Source of the DNA: Cetorhinus maximus
Lineage: Eukaryota
DNA: 64,000 nucleotides
Reading direction: 5' to 3'
Assembly (NCBI RefSeq): GCF_964194155.1
Contig: NC_135905.1
Span: 12,152,001 to 12,216,000 of the forward strand
Below, piece by piece: positions 61,166 to 64,000 of the stretch. Positions within the stretch are counted from its first letter, which is position 1. Each line of letters begins with the position of its first letter. Below the pieces are notes generated by a model. The model saw only the letters and a list, made by a program, of their open reading frames with translations. It was not told the origin of the DNA and did no database searches. The position numbers and the translations under genes were made by a program.

Positions 61166-63774
61166 TCTAATTACAGCTCTCTAAAGCACATTGGGACATA
61201 TTTCTGCATCAAAGGTGCTATATAAATGAAATTTCAAGGTGTTGTCAGACTTGACTTACCTCATACAATATTTTGTTTGTGCACGAGAAAGTTTTAAAGA
61301 ACGTTGTGAATCTATAATATGAGATTGTACGTAGGATGTAAACATTACTCAATATTACCAAAGGGTAACCCTCTGCTTGGCATCAGTTAGCCTGGTTAAT
61401 ACTTCTGTCTGTGTATGGTGCCTGTGGTAATGCATACATCGTTCTTTCTTTTGTTGTTGGCAGCAACAGGAATTCGGACATCTTGGGCAGACTACACATG
61501 TTTGAGTGTCTGTAGTTCAGGGATGTGTTGGTGAATAATGCACTTGGTCCTGTAATTACAGCATTTCATTCCGAGGGGTGTATTCGTAAATGAGTCGTAA
61601 GTCACATTTTAAATGTATGGAGACATACAGTTTTTTTTCCACTAGGAACCTTTTGTTCCCAAGGTTTTAACTGATTGACAAATTAATTTGACTTAAATAC
61701 AACTATCAATTCATTTGGGTACCTATCTGCAAATTATGTTAACATTTTGATGAATCAATTTGCATACCTGATTAACTGACACAGGAATTTGAAAATTTAT
61801 GATTGAATCCCCAAATTTATTAATTTTTAAAATCATTTAATTTGCCCTGAAGAGTCCCATCTAGATCTGCTATCATTCAGGAAAACCTGTGAGGGCAAGA
61901 TTTGCTGAATGCTGTTTTATTTTTAACCTACGCACATTAAAAAGTGAACATTTTGATGTTTGGATAGAAATGACAAACCGAATTAATGCCAGCTGCGGCA
62001 AGACTCATCTCATTATTCTCTCCCTTTAAATATACTGTCACTCACACTCTGGCTCTGAATTTACTCACATCCCATCCACTGCAGTCAGTTGGAGAACTGT
62101 CAGTGTATTCAATGGAGCATTTCACCAGGTCAGATCCTTCCACTCCAAGGGAGAAAGAAAAATAGACATGGGGTAGCAATTAATATTAGCATTTTCTTGC
62201 ATTAATACGTTTGTGCCAAATTCCTCTGTGCTATTTTAATGTGGGTGTGTTGGCCTGTGTAAAATAACACAGAAGGCACGGTAATTCTTTTTTTGGGGTG
62301 GGATGAGGGGATGGGTTTCACAGATACCCTTTCAGTACCGCTGCTAAGTGGTGAGACTTGGAGGTAAATGTCGGCTCAAGTCACAGTTAACCACAACTGT
62401 CGACTGCCCACAAGCACTTCACTGGATAACGATTGAGATTGGCAACGCAAAAAGGCATCTTTCTTCCTGCCTGATCCAACGAGGATGGACATGGAGCCCA
62501 GTTGGTTTTGCCGGTTGTGTGTGTTGGGTGCCAGTTTTGTTGAGATCAGATCGTTGCTGACTGGCACTTCTTTTACCCTTTGAGCCATAAATGGAGTGGG
62601 CAATGCTGAGGCATTGTTGGCAATCCCGACCATAGGCCTGTGGAAGTGGTCTTGTTGGAAGAACTCGACAGATAAGCATGATGTGAGCAATGCCACTTAA
62701 GTCCGGGAATTGTGCACCAACAAAACTGTGTGGTGAAGGTAGACTATTTCTTATTGAGTAAGTGGTGAATAGTCAGTTCTTCAGTCAAATAAGTGCTTCA
62801 CACAGATGACAACTTGATTGGGTTAGTACATTGTATGCTTTTGCAATCGTCCTCATCATAATATTGTAAAACTGCAACTAAGCTTATTTGCCTAAATTAC
62901 TGAACTTTGATTTGTTTCATTTGCAAATCGGTAACATTATACCTGAGGGTGGAACTGTTAAAGGGGGACTTAATAATCTTCACAGAGCTTTGATCTGTTA
63001 CAGGACACGATGAACACCATTATTCCTCTGGGGAATGCTATTTTGATAAGAATGGTCAGAGTGAACACTTACAGTGTAAATCTGGGAATTTAATGCAGTT
63101 GAAGAAATGATATCAGGGTTAATGCGTGGATTTTGATAACCATTGTGAAACTGAATACTCTCAGCGTTTCCCCATGGATTTTCAGTCTTGCACACATAAC
63201 TTAAAGATTCATATTTCAATAAATCCAAAATGTTCCTCCAAACCTTTTGTGTAAACTTGTCCAATTTACAGTTGAATAGTACTGGTCACTTGAACCAATT
63301 TGATTCCTTATCCCCACATCATAAAATTCCCAATCACTCCTTCACTGGTTAACTCCACCCAGTCATACTGCTGTGGCTGCTGTCACACGGATATTAGTTG
63401 GAAAAGCAAATTTTCCAAGAACTCTAGATTTTGGAGGAGCCTTGGTGAAAGCCCATACTGTAGGAACTCAGTAAAATTTTAAAAATCGAAGAGAAGATAA
63501 ATCGGGAAGGTTAGGTGATGGCAAATTTGACAAGTGAATTTTACATTTGAAATGATGCATTGCTTGTTTATTTTGTAATATGCTTTGGGTGTCTGGGATA
63601 ATTGAATCTCTTTGATTCAACGCGTATATGACAGAGAGCATGAAGAAGAGGGGAAGGCAAAAATTATCGGCAGGAGATCTATTGTTTATGAAGAGAAAGG
63701 GAAGCCTGTTTAAAATGCCTGCAGTTATGGTACAAATACAAGGGTTCCAATGGTCCTCACTGCTTTTAAGAATT

Positions 63775-64000
63775 GGCCACTTAGAAGGACAACGATAGCA
63801 GATGCATGGGAACACCACCATCTTCAAGTACTCCTCTAAGCCACTCACCATCCTGATTTGGTACTATATCGCTGTGCGTTCACTGTGGCTGGGTCAAAAC
63901 TTCGGAACTACCTCCCTAACAGCACTGTGGATGTACCTATACAAGATGGACTGCAGAAGTTCAAGAAGGCAGATCACCACCACCTTCTCACAGGCAATTA
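63775..64000 (+). mobile_element. LINE family B, 3' end (runs off the window)
   Basis: Diagnostic tail sequence. Confidence 0.85.

Overview
Vertebrate nuclear DNA, most likely from a shark (inferred from the repeat families). The only host gene I can support is ARHGAP22, a PH-domain RhoGAP on the minus strand. Its coding exon 1 is at 52942-52975 (MLSPKIRQVRR) and exon 2 at 36033-36232 (start of the PH domain). I could not find exon 3, so bases 1-36032 are probably one intron of more than 36 kb. The rest is decayed, often nested transposable elements: CR1, L2 and RTE LINEs, a second CR1-group LINE with its partner tRNA-SINE, Deu-domain SINEs, Gypsy LTR remnants, hAT MITEs, two Penelope-like (PLE) families, and many PIF/Harbinger derivatives, including both the nuclease and an intron-containing Myb/SANT gene. 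Best leads: (1) minimal type-I hammerhead ribozyme motifs from both PLE families, several inside short fold-back insertions, with shared non-canonical core variants; (2) a gap-free chain of uORFs ending 4 nt before the ARHGAP22 ATG; (3) a 250-bp-arm, ~98% identical palindrome just after exon 2; (4) a candidate TATA-driven internal first exon; (5) a 38-bp minisatellite with 4-unit and 24-unit higher-order structure; (6) two locally templated insertions; (7) a 71-nt pre-miRNA-like hairpin. All calls were made by eye; repeat boundaries are approximate unless a TIR or TSD is quoted.
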